Below, in pieces: positions 45,436-62,395 of a stretch of 64,000 bases of DNA (within the stretch, counting starts at the first letter, position 1; each line of letters opens with the position of its first letter). Origin of the DNA: the human T2T-CHM13v2.0 reference genome, Homo sapiens; the NCBI RefSeq assembly GCF_009914755.1, contig NC_060925.1; one strand, 5' to 3'. The notes beneath the pieces are model-generated. The model saw nothing but the letters and a program-made list of their open reading frames with translations, ran no database searches and was not told the DNA's origin. Made by a program: the position numbers and the translations under genes.

Positions 45436-45687
45436 TAGTAGAGACGGGGTTTCACCATGTTAGCCAGCATGGTCTCGATCTCCTGACCTCAGGATCCGCC
45501 CGCCTCGGCCTCCCAAAGTGCTGGGATTACAGGTGTGAGCCACCGTGCCCGGCCAGATGTTAGAATCTTTAATGAAGACCTCGTCGATCAGAATTCAGGA
45601 GGAAGTACTAAACTTGGGTGGGAAAATACCTCTTTATTTTTAGTAACTTCTTACTGGGATCTAATATTTCCTTCAACTATAATATAG

Positions 45688-46050
<363 letters not shown>

Positions 46051-47175
46051 TGAACTCCTGATCTTAGGTGATCCGCCCACCTCGACTTTACAATGTGCTG
46101 GGATTACAGTCATAAGCCACTGCGCCTGGCCTAGATACTTTTATTTGGTGTGTTAGTAAAGAAGCATATATATTACTATATGATCAATTTGTGTTATATA
46201 TCTTAAAAATTCTATCTCAGGAATTTTGAACATACACAAAAGTGGACACAATAGTCAGTGAATCCCAAGTTCCTCTCGTTCATCTCCAACAACCATCAGT
46301 TATGGCCTATCTGCTTTTCTCCTTACTGTATTTTTTTTTTTCTTGAGACAGGATCTCACTTTGTCACCCATGCTGGAGTGCAGTGGTGTGATCACTGCTT
46401 ACTGTGTCCCTTCAACCTCCCGGGCTCAAGAGATCCTCCCATCTTAGCTTTCCAAGTAGCTAGGACTACAGGCGCACACCACCATACTCGGCTAATTTTT
46501 GTATTTTCTGTAGAGACAAGGTCTCACTCTGTTGCCCAGGCTGGTCTCGAACTCCTGGGCTCAAGTGATCTGTCTGCCTCAGCCTCTCAAAGTGCTGGGA
46601 TTACAGGTGTGAGCCACTGCACCCAGCCTTTTTTTTTTGAGACGGAGTCTCGTTCTGTTGCCCAGGCTGGAGTGCAGTGGCGTGATCTCAGCTCACTGCA
46701 ACCTCTGCCTCCCGGGTTCAAGCTATTCTTGTGCTTCAGCCTCCTGAGTAGCTGGGATTACAGGCGTGTGCTACCACGCCCAGCTAGTTTTTGTATTTTT
46801 AGTAGAGACAAGGTTTCACCATGTTGGCCAGGCTGGTCTTGAACTCCTGACCTCAAGTGATCTGCCTGCCTCAGCCTCCCAAAGTGCTGGTATTACAGGC
46901 GTGAGCCACCGTGCCCGGCCCCTATTTATTTATTTATTTTCATAAAAAAATTGTTTTTTTTTCTACCCAGGTTGGAGTGTAATGGCATAATTATGGTTCA
47001 CTGCAGCCTCGACCTCCTGGGCTTGAGGTATCCTCCCACCTTAGCCTTCTCAGTATCTGGGACTATAGGCATGAGCCATAATGTCCAGCTAATTAAAAAA
47101 ATTTGTTTTAGAGACAAGGTCCAGTGGCTCACACCTGTAATCCCAGCACTTTGGGAGGCCGAGGTGGGTGGATCA

Positions 47176-47490
<315 letters not shown>

Positions 47491-47754
47491 TTACAGGCAT
47501 GAGTCACTGGGCCCAGCAAAAAAAAAAAAAAGTTCAGGATCAGACTACACCTCCCACATCCCCTTTTCCCAAATTCACCAGTTAACATTTTGTCACATTT
47601 GCTCCATTACCCTCTGTTGTCTTTATGGCATGATGTCCTTCCACTCTAAATTCTCTAGTGTGTACCTCCCTGAAACAAGGACACTTTCCTGTATTGCCAC
47701 CGTGTAGTCCTCCTAGTTAGGAAATCAGAATTGATACAACACTACCACCCAATG

Positions 47755-47887
47755 CATAGCCTAGGTGTATAGTAGGCTCTACCATTGAGGTTTGCATAAG
47801 TACGCCCTGTTGTTTTCACAATGATGAAATCACGTAAAGATGCATTTCTCAGAATGTATCCCTGTTCTTAAGTGATGCATGACTATA
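47755..47887. mobile_element. Tigger3/MER7-type (TcMar-Tigger) terminal fragment
   Basis: atagcctaggtgtatagtaggct...gatgcatttctcagaatgtatccctgttcttaagtgatgcatgact followed by TA. Confidence 0.75.
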
Positions 47888-48429
47888 TTTGGACGATCAG
47901 TTGGATTTTAAAAGAGCTTGGCCAGGTGCAGTGGCTCTTGCCTGTATTCCAGCACTTTGGAAGGCTGAGGCAGGTGGATCACCTGAGTTCAGGAGTTCCA
48001 GACCAGTCTGGGCAACATGGTAAAACCCAGGCTGTAAAAACAAAAACAAACAAACAAAAAAAACCCGGGCACGATGGCGCACACCAGTAGTCCCAGCTGT
48101 TCAGGAGGCTGAGGTGGGAGGATCACTTGGGCCCATGAGGCAGAGGCAGCAGTGAGCCGATACTGCGCTGCCGCACTCTACCCTGGGCAATAGAGAAAAA
48201 CCCTGTCTCAAAAAACAAACAAACAAAAAACTTAATGTTTTGAAATAGTGTATAGCTATTATATGTGACATTGGTGTATCAGTTACTTTGAAATGAATCC
48301 TTCTGCTAACCAGCTATGTTCTTCAGTCAAACATATCTCTCCTTAATTAGTATTTTTAAAGTTTGAAATAGTTTTAAATTATATTGCAGTCGGTTTTCTT
48401 TTTTAGTTTTTTTTTTTTTTTTTAATTAA

Positions 48430-48841
<412 letters not shown>

Positions 48842-49122
48842 TAGCCAGGATGGTCTCTATCTCCTGACCTTGTGATCCGCCCGCCTCGGCCTCCCAAAGT
48901 GCTGGGATTACAGGCTTGAGCCACTGTGCCCGGCCTGAAAAGGAACTTTCATCACAGCTTTGTGTCTCAAAGAGTTGTAGCATTTTATTTCCTGTATATT
49001 GGATTGATTTGAAATTTGTTTTAAAAATGATTTTCGAGAGGACTTTTCCTAAAAAGACTTCTTATTTCTGGAGAAAGCTTTTAGTTCTAGAGATGCTATA
49101 ATTCAGAAGATTAAAATGTTGA

Positions 49123-49480
<358 letters not shown>

Positions 49481-49646
49481 TAGTTAACATCTTAAGGCAT
49501 AGACTTCAGTGACTGTTTTTCTTTTTGAGACAGCCTTGTTCTGTTACCCAGGTTGGAGGGGAGTGGTATAATCCCAGCTCACTGCAGCCTCAACCTCCCA
49601 GGCTCATCAAGTGACCCTCTCATCTCAGCCTCCCAAGTAGCTTCAG

Positions 49647-49994
<348 letters not shown>

Positions 49995-51199
49995 TGAGTA
50001 GCTGGACTACAGGCACATGCCACGATGCCTGGCTAATTTTTTGTATTTTAGTAGAGACGGGGTTTCACCATGTTGGCCAGGATGGTCTCGATAACCTGAC
50101 CTTGTCATCCGCCTGCCTCGGCCTCCCAAAGTGCCAGGATTACAGGAGTGAGCCACTGTGCCCGGACTTTTGTTTTGTTTTGTTTTGTTTCTGAGACAGT
50201 CTTACTCTGTGGCCCAGGCTGGAGAGCAGTGGCACGGTCTTGGCTCACTGCAATCTCTGCCTCCTGGGTTCAATTGATTCTGCCACCTCAGCCTCCCAAG
50301 TAGCTTGGACTACAGTTGCGTGCCACCATGTCCAGCTAATTTTTTTAAAAAATTGCTTTTTGGTAGAGATGGGGTTTCATCACATTGGTCAGGCTGAGTG
50401 ACTTTTTTTTTTTTTTTTGAGACGGAATCTCACTCTGTCACCTAGGCTGGAGTGCAGATGGTGTGGTCTCGGCTCACTGCATTCCACCTCCCGGGTTCAA
50501 GCGATTCTCCCGCCTCAGCCTCCCAAGTACCTGGGACTATAGGCACATGCCACCACACCTGGCTAATTTTTGTATTTTTAGTAGTAACGGGGTTTCAGTA
50601 TGTTGGCCAGGCTCGTCTCGAACTCCTGACCTCATGATCCACCTACCTCGGCTTCCCAAAATGCTGGGATTACAGGTGTGAGCCAGCGTGCCTGGCCCAG
50701 ATACTTTTTTATGGAGTAAGGATAAAAGTCACTAGTTAAGTGAAATATTAGAAATATTTGTATATTTCCCATAGTTTTAAAAAATTATTATTTTACTGAA
50801 AAGTAAGTCCTAAGGATAGAAGCTGATTTCCTTCTCAGCAGTTGTACTGTAAATAACAGTATTAGTAAGCACCTTTTTAGAGTCCTTTCCATTCCCAGCA
50901 AGGACTCTCTTTTTTTTGTGGGGGGAGTAGTGACAGGGTCTTGCTGTGTTTCCAGGCTGGTCTCAAAACTCCTTGCTTTAAACATCCTCTCACCTTGGCC
51001 TCCCAGAATGCTGAAATAACAGGACTGGGCCGGGTGCGGTGGCTCACTCCTGTAATCCCAGCACTTTGGGAAACTGAAGCGGGTGGATCACAAGGTCAGG
51101 AGTTTGAGACCAGCCTGGTCAATATGGTGAAACCCCGTCTCTACTAAAAATATGAAAAAATTAGCTGGGCGTGGTAGCACATGCCTGTAATCACAGCTA

Positions 51200-51307
<108 letters not shown>

Positions 51308-52763
51308 TCAAAAAATAAAAAAACAAAAAACAAAAATTGCGGGAGTTAGCCACCATTCTTGGCCTTTTGAGGGACTCTTGATGTGGATTTTTGCTAATTT
51401 ATGATTTAGTCTCTTGGCTTCTGCTAACTTCAGCTTTGTGTTTTGTAGCCTTCATGTTTGGATCAGCTTGCCTTGCACCTTTTTTCTTAATCTAAGTGCT
51501 TTGTTTACTGTCATTACTTTAATAAATGTTTTATTTTGGTTATTAGCAGTTCTATTTACAATTATACTTCAGTTCTTCCTAGAAAAGTACTATGTAAATC
51601 AGATACATTTATGAAAGCTACTCATTAATTATTGTGAGAATAGTGTCCGAATGTTAGCTTAATGGTCATCGTGATTATTTATATTCCTGCACTTTACTTT
51701 TTGATTCTTGCAGTATAAACTCCTGTCTTGTTCTCTGGGGAGGAAGCACACTGTGAATTTTTTCCAAGATTGTCTAAAATATTCAGGCTTTTTATTTGCT
51801 CTAACCAGTAGAATCTAAAGATTACAGAAACTTCGGAATTTTTCTCCTCATAATTTGACAATCTTTTGAGAGGTTTGTCAGTTGAACACTGTCCCTTTGT
51901 TAAAAGTTAATTTTACTTAATAAATAATTTTTCATTAGATTGGAGTAAAATATAATGTGAGTATGTATGTGCATAAATAATTTTTTTTCGGTGAAGTGCG
52001 GGTAGCTCATGCCTGTAATCCCAGCACTTTCTGCTTTTTTTTTTTTTGAGACGGAGTCTCGCTCTGTCGCCCAGGCTAGAGTGCAGTGATGCAATCTCAG
52101 CTTACTGTAAGCTCCGCCTCCCAGGTTCACGCCATTCTCCTGCCTCAGCCTCCTGAGTAGCTGGGACTACAGGTGCCCACCACCATTCCTGGCTAACTTT
52201 TTGTATTTTTAGTAGAGATGGGGTTTCACTGTGTTAGCCAGGATGGCTTCGATCTCCTGACCTTGTGGTCTGCCTACCTCAGCCTCCCAAAGTGGTAGGA
52301 TTACAGGTGTGAGCCACCGCTCCCGGCCGAATCCCAGCACTTTTCCCATTCTCAGTGGGTAATAAAAGGTAGTTGGGCATGGTGGTATGTACCTATAGTC
52401 CAGCTACTTGGAAGGCTTAGGCGGGCAGATCACTTGAACCTGGGAGGTTGAGGCTGCAGTGAGCCAAGATTGTGCCATTGGACTCCAGCCTGGGTGACAG
52501 TGACGCTGTCTCAGAAAAACAAAACAAAACTGCACATGCACACACACACAGACACATATAATTTTTTTCCTTACTGGAGTAATGAAGCCTGCAATAGTTC
52601 TGAAGAATGTCTGCATTCAGAGCTTTACTGGAAACAGATGCCTTTTCCCAGGAGTTGTAATTATCAAGTTTTCTATGTTCAGGAATCTAGGCACTCACCC
52701 TGGATTCAGTAAACAGATAGGGGTATAGTTTTATTGGTTGAATTAAGCTTATTCTTGGTCTTA

Positions 52764-53134
<371 letters not shown>

Positions 53135-53139
53135 CTATT

Positions 53140-53665
<526 letters not shown>

Positions 53666-53964
53666 TGATCTGCCTGCCTTGGCTTCCCAAAGTGTTGGGA
53701 TTATAGGCGTGAGCCTCTGTGCCGGCCGGTTTTTTTTTTTTTTTTTTTTTAATATTGTAAGCAGTGTTGTAGTAAGCAATTTTGTACTCTTGCAGACAAG
53801 TGCAGTTATACATGTATGATAAATTTTTGTGAATGGAATTTCTAGGTGTGTGAACTTAGGTTTGTGGGTTTTTTTTTTTTTTTTTTTTTGAGACAAGGTC
53901 TCGCTCTGTCACCCAGTCTGGAGTTCAGTGGTGTGATCATGCCCACTGCAGCCTGGAACTACTG

Positions 53965-54072
53965 GGCTCGAGCTCCCGTCTCAGCCTACCGAGTAGCTAG
54001 GGCTCAAGCTCCCGTCTCAGCCTACCGAGTAGCTAGGACTCAAACTCCCATCTTAACCTCTTGAGTAGCTAG
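53965..54072 (+). repeat. 3 x 36-bp minisatellite arisen inside an Alu
   Basis: Unit ggctc(g/a)agctcccgtctcagcctaccgagtagctag; copies 1 and 2 differ at one base, copy 3 is more diverged. Confidence 0.9.
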
Positions 54073-54332
54073 GACTACTACTAAGTGCCAACACACCTGG
54101 CTAATGTTTTTATTTTTAGTAGAGAAGGGGGTAGGGTGGGGAGGTGGGGAGGGGTCTTGCTTTGTTCCCCAGGTTGGTCTTGATGTCCTGACCTCAAATC
54201 GTCCTCGCGCCTTGGCTTCCCAAAGTGGTGGGATTATAGATGTTAGCCATCATTCCTGCCCATTTTTAAGATTTTGAGTGAAATTGAGCAGCTTTGAGTG
54301 TGTTTTTAATCTTAATTTTAATTTTTTTTTGA

Positions 54333-54440
<108 letters not shown>

Positions 54441-54642
54441 TAGCTGGGACTACAGGCGCACGCTGCCATGCCTGGCTAAATTTTGTATTTTAGTAGAGAC
54501 GGGATTTCACCGTCTTGCTCCCAGGCTGGTCTCAAACTCCTGACCTCAGGTGATCTGCCGGCCTCGGCCTCCCAGAGTGCTAGGATTACAGGTGTGAGCC
54601 ACCACGCCTGGCGAGTGTGTTTGTTTTAATTACCATTTGTGA

Positions 54643-54863
<221 letters not shown>

Positions 54864-55587
54864 TAGTAGAGACGGGGTTTCACCGTATTGCCCCCAGGCT
54901 GGTCTCAAACTCCTCACCTCAGGTGATCCACCCATTTTGTCCTCCCAAAGTGCTGGGATTACAGGTGTGAGCCACCGCACCCAGCCACATTTGCCTGTTT
55001 TTTGTTGGGGCGTCTCTTTCCCTTGATTTCTAATAACTCTGTATAGTTAGGAAATCATTTATTTCTCAAGTGTTGCAAGTATTTTTTTTCTCCATTTGTC
55101 TTTTGACTTTATATCTTGCTATATAGGAGTTGTAATTTTTTTTTTTTTTTGGAGATGGAGTCTCACTCTTGCCCAAACTGTAGTGCAGTGGCATGATCTC
55201 AGCTCACTGCAGCCTCAGCCTCCTGAGTTCAAGTGATTCAGGAGTTGTAATTTTTATGTGGTTTGATTTATGTAGTCTTTTCCTTTATGGTTTAGGGATT
55301 TTATATCATGCCAGTTCCAAAATTATATGACAGCTCAATTATTATTATTATTTTTGGCATAAGCTAATACATATCTTCAAACTATGAAAAATCTTGCTCA
55401 CCTCTTTTTCCTTCCCTCCTCCCATCCCTCCTAGTAGAGAAATACTTCAGGGTATGAGCTTTTTCTAAAAATGAAATTAGGGCTTTGTAGTTAACTTTCT
55501 TTTGCTGGCTTTAGGGATTCTCCGTATCTTTTGCCATCTTTAGTAATTATTTGTTACTAAATATTTGTTACTGAAAAGAGTGATTAA

Positions 55588-55794
<207 letters not shown>

Positions 55795-56234
55795 TAGTAG
55801 AGACGGGGTTTCACTATGTTAGCCAGGATAGTCTCGATCTACTGACCTCGTGATCTGCCTGCCTGGGCCTCCCAAAGTGGTGGGATTACAGGCGTGAGCC
55901 ACCGCGCCCGGCTGGAATACATTAGTTATTTAAGAACAGCTCATATATCCATTATATATATAAAATCATTTCATAATAAATTTCTTGAAAGAGTTCTGTA
56001 TTACCATGAAATGAAGCTAGCAGATTTTGACTATCATCAGCACCTCATCATATATAACGTTCCTAGTTAGGCGTGCTTGAAATAGAAAAATGCCTTCCAT
56101 GGTTGCCTATTTATAGTAGGATGTGGCATACAGTTGATTTATAGTGAGATAACATAGAAACTTGTGACTAAAGGAGATATAAAATCTTTTGTGTTGAAGG
56201 ACAGGGACAGGTATTTTTTGTATTTTTGAAAGAT

Positions 56235-57105
<871 letters not shown>

Positions 57106-57608
57106 CTCTCTGTATCCGTATATGTGCTCTGCCACCCAGGCTGGTGTGCAATGGCGTGATCTCAGCCCACCGCAACTTCCGCCTCCTGGGATCAAGCAAT
57201 CCTCCTGCTTCAGCCTCCTGAGTAGCTGGGACTACAGGCATGTGCCACCACACTTAGCTAATTTTTGTGTATTTTGTAGAGTTGGGATTTTGCCACGTTG
57301 CCCAGGCTGGTCTCAAACTCCCAGGCTAAAATGATCCACCTCCCTTGGTCTCCCAAAGCGTTGGGATTCAGGAGTGAGCCACTGCATCCGGCCCCAGCTA
57401 ATTAAAAAAAAAATTATATATATTTATTTATTTATATACATATATATTTATAGAGATGAGGTCTTGCTGTGTTGTGTAGGTGGGTCTGGAACTCATGGTT
57501 TCAAGTGATCCTCCCACCTGGCCTCCCAAAGCTTTGGGATTACAGACTTGAGCCACTGTGTCCAGTCTCATTTTAGAAAATTGGATTGTGCTTTTCATTG
57601 AGTTTTAG

Positions 57609-57900
<292 letters not shown>

Positions 57901-58324
57901 TAGCCAGGATGGTCTCGATCTCCTGACCTCGTGATCCGCCTGCCTTGGCCTCCCAAAGTGCTGGGATTACAGGCGTGAGCCACCGTGCCCAGCCAGAATT
58001 AAACTATTAACTGTTTTAATTTGTCATTGTCATTTAGCTATTTAGATTTATCATTGACTTGCTGGATATTTGTTAAGTTTTACTTTGGTTTTAATTTATT
58101 TTAACTGACATGAGGTATATGACATATTACAAATTTTACTGTCTTACTTGGTTATGTTCAAATTGTAGGAGTCTTGTAATCTGAGTATATGATTTCAAGT
58201 TACATGCTACATTTAGTGTGTTGAAATATGGGGATATCAGTAATTGTGAATGGAGTAGTCTTAATATCTACTTCAGTTATGTTGATGACAAGTAACAGCT
58301 TTTATTAAATTAATTATTTATTAA

Positions 58325-58441
<117 letters not shown>

Positions 58442-58844
58442 TGAGTGGCTGGGACTGCAGGCGGGCACCACCACACTCGGCTAATTTTTTGCGTTTTAGT
58501 AGAGATGAGGTTTTACCATGTTGGCCAGGATGGTCTCCATCTCCTGACCTGGTCATCTGCCTGCCTTGGCCCTCCCAAAGTGCTGGGATTACAGGTGTGA
58601 GCCACCGTGCCCGGCCCTTTTGGTCTAAATATAAACTCACGTGGGTTGAATTATAAATTAGTAATTCATTTATAAAATTTTGTTACAAAAAAGGTAATAT
58701 AAGTATTAATGTTACTACATTAGTGCCCATAATTTGGTGGTTGTAATGGATACATTTATGATTTAACTGAGTTCAAAAGAGGAATGATTTTAATCTTTTT
58801 ATAATGTAAAAAACCAGCACAAACATTTATTGTCTCTACTGTAT

Positions 58845-58875
<31 letters not shown>

Positions 58876-60548
58876 TGAGACAGGGTCTTGCTCTATTGCC
58901 CAGGCTGGAGGTGAGTGGCATGGCCATGACTCACTCATGGCCATTTTCACTGATGCTCCTGCCTCAACCTCCCAAATTACTGGGATTACAGGTGTGTGCC
59001 ACCACGTGGCGTGTTGTCTCTACTGTTACAGGTAGCCTAGCCAAACTTGAATATATTCATCTCTCATGACTTTTTCTTATCCCTTATGGTGTGTTTATTT
59101 GCTCTTTGCTTTTTGTCTGTCTATAGTTATTGATTTTTTTTTTTTGGGACAGAGTCTCACTCTGTTGCCCAGGCTGGAGTGCAGTGGCGTGGTCTTGTCT
59201 CACTGCAACCTCACTGCCTTCTGGGTTCAAGCGATTCTCCCGCTTTAGCCTCCTGAGTAGCTGGGATTACAGGCGGGCACCACCATGCCTGGCTAATTTT
59301 TGTATTTTTAGTAGAGACGGGGTTTCACCATGTTGGTCAGGCTGGGTCTTGAACACATGACCTCAGGTGATCCACCTGCCTCGGCCTCCCAAAGTGCTGC
59401 GATTACAGGTGTGAGCCACCATGCCCAGCCGATCATTTGCTTTTGAATAAGGCACAGCTGTGGTGATGATGGGATGGAAAGGTGGAAAAGTAGGCAGTAC
59501 ACAAAGCCATGGGTAGTTTGATAAAAATGTGATCTTTTGGAAGTTATATATTGGGTTTTAGTTGGGTGGGTGGCTATGTAATTTGCCTGCATCTTCAAAA
59601 GGCTTGACACTCGTCCTCATTTACAATTCTATAATAACTTTTTCTCCCATAGCAGGATTTCAAAACTTTGAGAGCTAGTAAAGATGGGATCTCATTCCCT
59701 GGAAATAGAACAGTAATGTTAATGATCATAAAACGACTCAGATGTGATTTTTTAGCTCTAGAAATTAACTGGGCAAAGAGGGATTAGATGCAAAATTTGA
59801 ATGTGTTATTTTCATTGGTGTTCTGTTGTCTTGCTTCAAGAATGACTCAGAGAGAATTGTTTTCTATAGTAGCATGACTTGTGTGAGAATGAAGTGTGTG
59901 GCAGTTCTTTCCTATTGCTTATTAGGTCAGTTGCAAAAGCTAAGATTAAAATTAATCATTGCATTCCTATTGATAGCCTAGCCAATAAAGGTTGAATGTA
60001 GTCACTTCTAGAAAGGAGGAGTATTGAGAGAATTCCTTGGATTTTAGCATACTAAGGATTTTAAAGCTTTGTGTAATTGATGCTTTGGAAGTTATGGAGT
60101 GAGTTTCTTATGCAGTTGATGAAAACAATTTTAGAATGGGAGGGGTCTTCTTTTCACATACCAACGAACTGAAAATTGTAAATAAATGTCATGAGGCTAG
60201 GGATCTATGTTTTGTTCCCAGGATGTGTTAAGCTCCTAGAACAATGCCTTTTTTTCTTTTTTGAGATGGAGTCTGACTCTGTTGCCCAGGGTGGATCTCG
60301 GCCCACTGCGTCCTCACCGCCTCCTGGGTTCAAGTGATTCTCCTGCCTCAGCCTCCTGAGTAGCTGGGATTATAGGCGTGTGCCACCACACCTTGCTAAT
60401 TTTTGTATTTTTAGTAGAGGTGGGGTTTCACCATGTTGGTCAGGCTGGGTCTCAAAATCCTGACCTCATGGTCTGCCTGCCTCAGCCTCCCAAAGTGCTG
60501 GGATTTCAGGCTTGAGCCACCACGCCTGGCCTCAACAGTGCCTTTTAA

Positions 60549-60785
<237 letters not shown>

Positions 60786-61637
60786 TAGTAGAGGTGATCC
60801 ACCTGCCTGGGCCTCCCAAAGTGCTGGGATTACAGGTGTGAGCCACTGCACCCAGCCTGTATAAATAATTTTAATTGTACCTATATTATAAAGTTTAACA
60901 GTTTTAACTCCCTGGAGAAAGAAAATTAAGTAGCAAAAAAATTACATTAAAAAAATTAGACTGTCACTTGCAAATGGACACAAAAATATTTGGATTTACT
61001 TTTGCCTTTAAGTAAGGAGTGTTTGAGTACTTCAGTTTTCCAGTACGATTGTCACTTAATGAATTAAGTTAAAATGAAATCTGTAAAATAGCTATGTATA
61101 GTTTTTATTTTAATATAAGTTTTACAGATTTTTAAATTACTTTGATTCTATCTTAGGTTCAGTAGTCGTTTTTAGACTATAAATATTTGTAAAAACTTCT
61201 GAGAAGTGTATTTCAAGGCCGGGTGCTGTGGCTCATACCTGTAATCCCAGCACTTTGGGAAGCCAAGGCAGGCAGATCACCTGAGGTCAGGAGTGCAAGA
61301 CCAGCCTGGGCAACATGGCGAAACCCCATCTCTACTAAAAATACAAAAAACATTAGTTGGGTGTGGTGGCATATGCCTGTAATCCCGGCTTCTTGGGAGG
61401 CTGAGACACGAGAATCACTTGAACCTGGGAGTTGGAGGTTACAGTAAGTGCACTCCAGTCTGGGTGACAGAGTGAGACTCTGTCTCAAAAAAAAAAAAAA
61501 AAAAAAAAGTGCATTTCAGCTAAGGGTTCTAGAAAGGTGAAGGGGAGTTTTGTAAATATTATATTTAAGGAATGGGCCGGGCGCGGTGGCTCATGCCTGT
61601 AATCCCAGCACTTTGGGAGGCTAAGGCGGGCGGATCA

Positions 61638-61958
<321 letters not shown>

Positions 61959-62074
61959 TCATTTTGCAGGTCGTCCCTCCTACATACATAACGCAAATTG
62001 TCCAAAAAAAATCTAAAAACTCATTTTGGAAAATTATTGATATGCAGCAATAACGTTGACTTTATTTTTTCCAG

Positions 62075-62395
62075 ATATGGCCGCGTGGAAAGTGTCAAAA
62101 TTCTTCCCAAGAGGGGATCTGAAGGAGGAGTGGCTGCCTTTGTGGATTTTGTGGACATCAAAAGTGCACAGAAAGCTCACAACTCGGTCAACAAAATGGG
62201 TGACAGAGACCTACGCACGGATTATAATGAACCAGGCACCATCCCGAGTGCTGCTCGGGGATTGGATGATACAGTTTCCATAGCATCTCGTAGTAGAGAG
62301 GTTTCTGGGTTCAGAGGAGGTGGTGGAGGGCCTGCTTATGGTCCCCCACCGTCACTTCATGCACGAGAAGGACGTTATGAGCGGAGACTTGATGG
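62075..62395 (+). CDS. SPEN: SPEN coding exon 2 (rest of RRM1 and start of the Arg/Gly-rich region): YGRVESVKILPKRGSEGGVAAFVDFVDIKSAQKAH...YERRLD(G)
   Basis: Acceptor ttttttccag|A, donor GG|GTAAGT; 321 nt; RNP1-like VAAFVDF; frame continuous with exon 1. Confidence 0.97.

Noticed and set aside
61998-62074. N-terminal part of the 133-aa ORF (MSKKNLK...)
   Set aside because: Intronic read-through upstream of the true acceptor at 62074/62075, with a non-ATG start.
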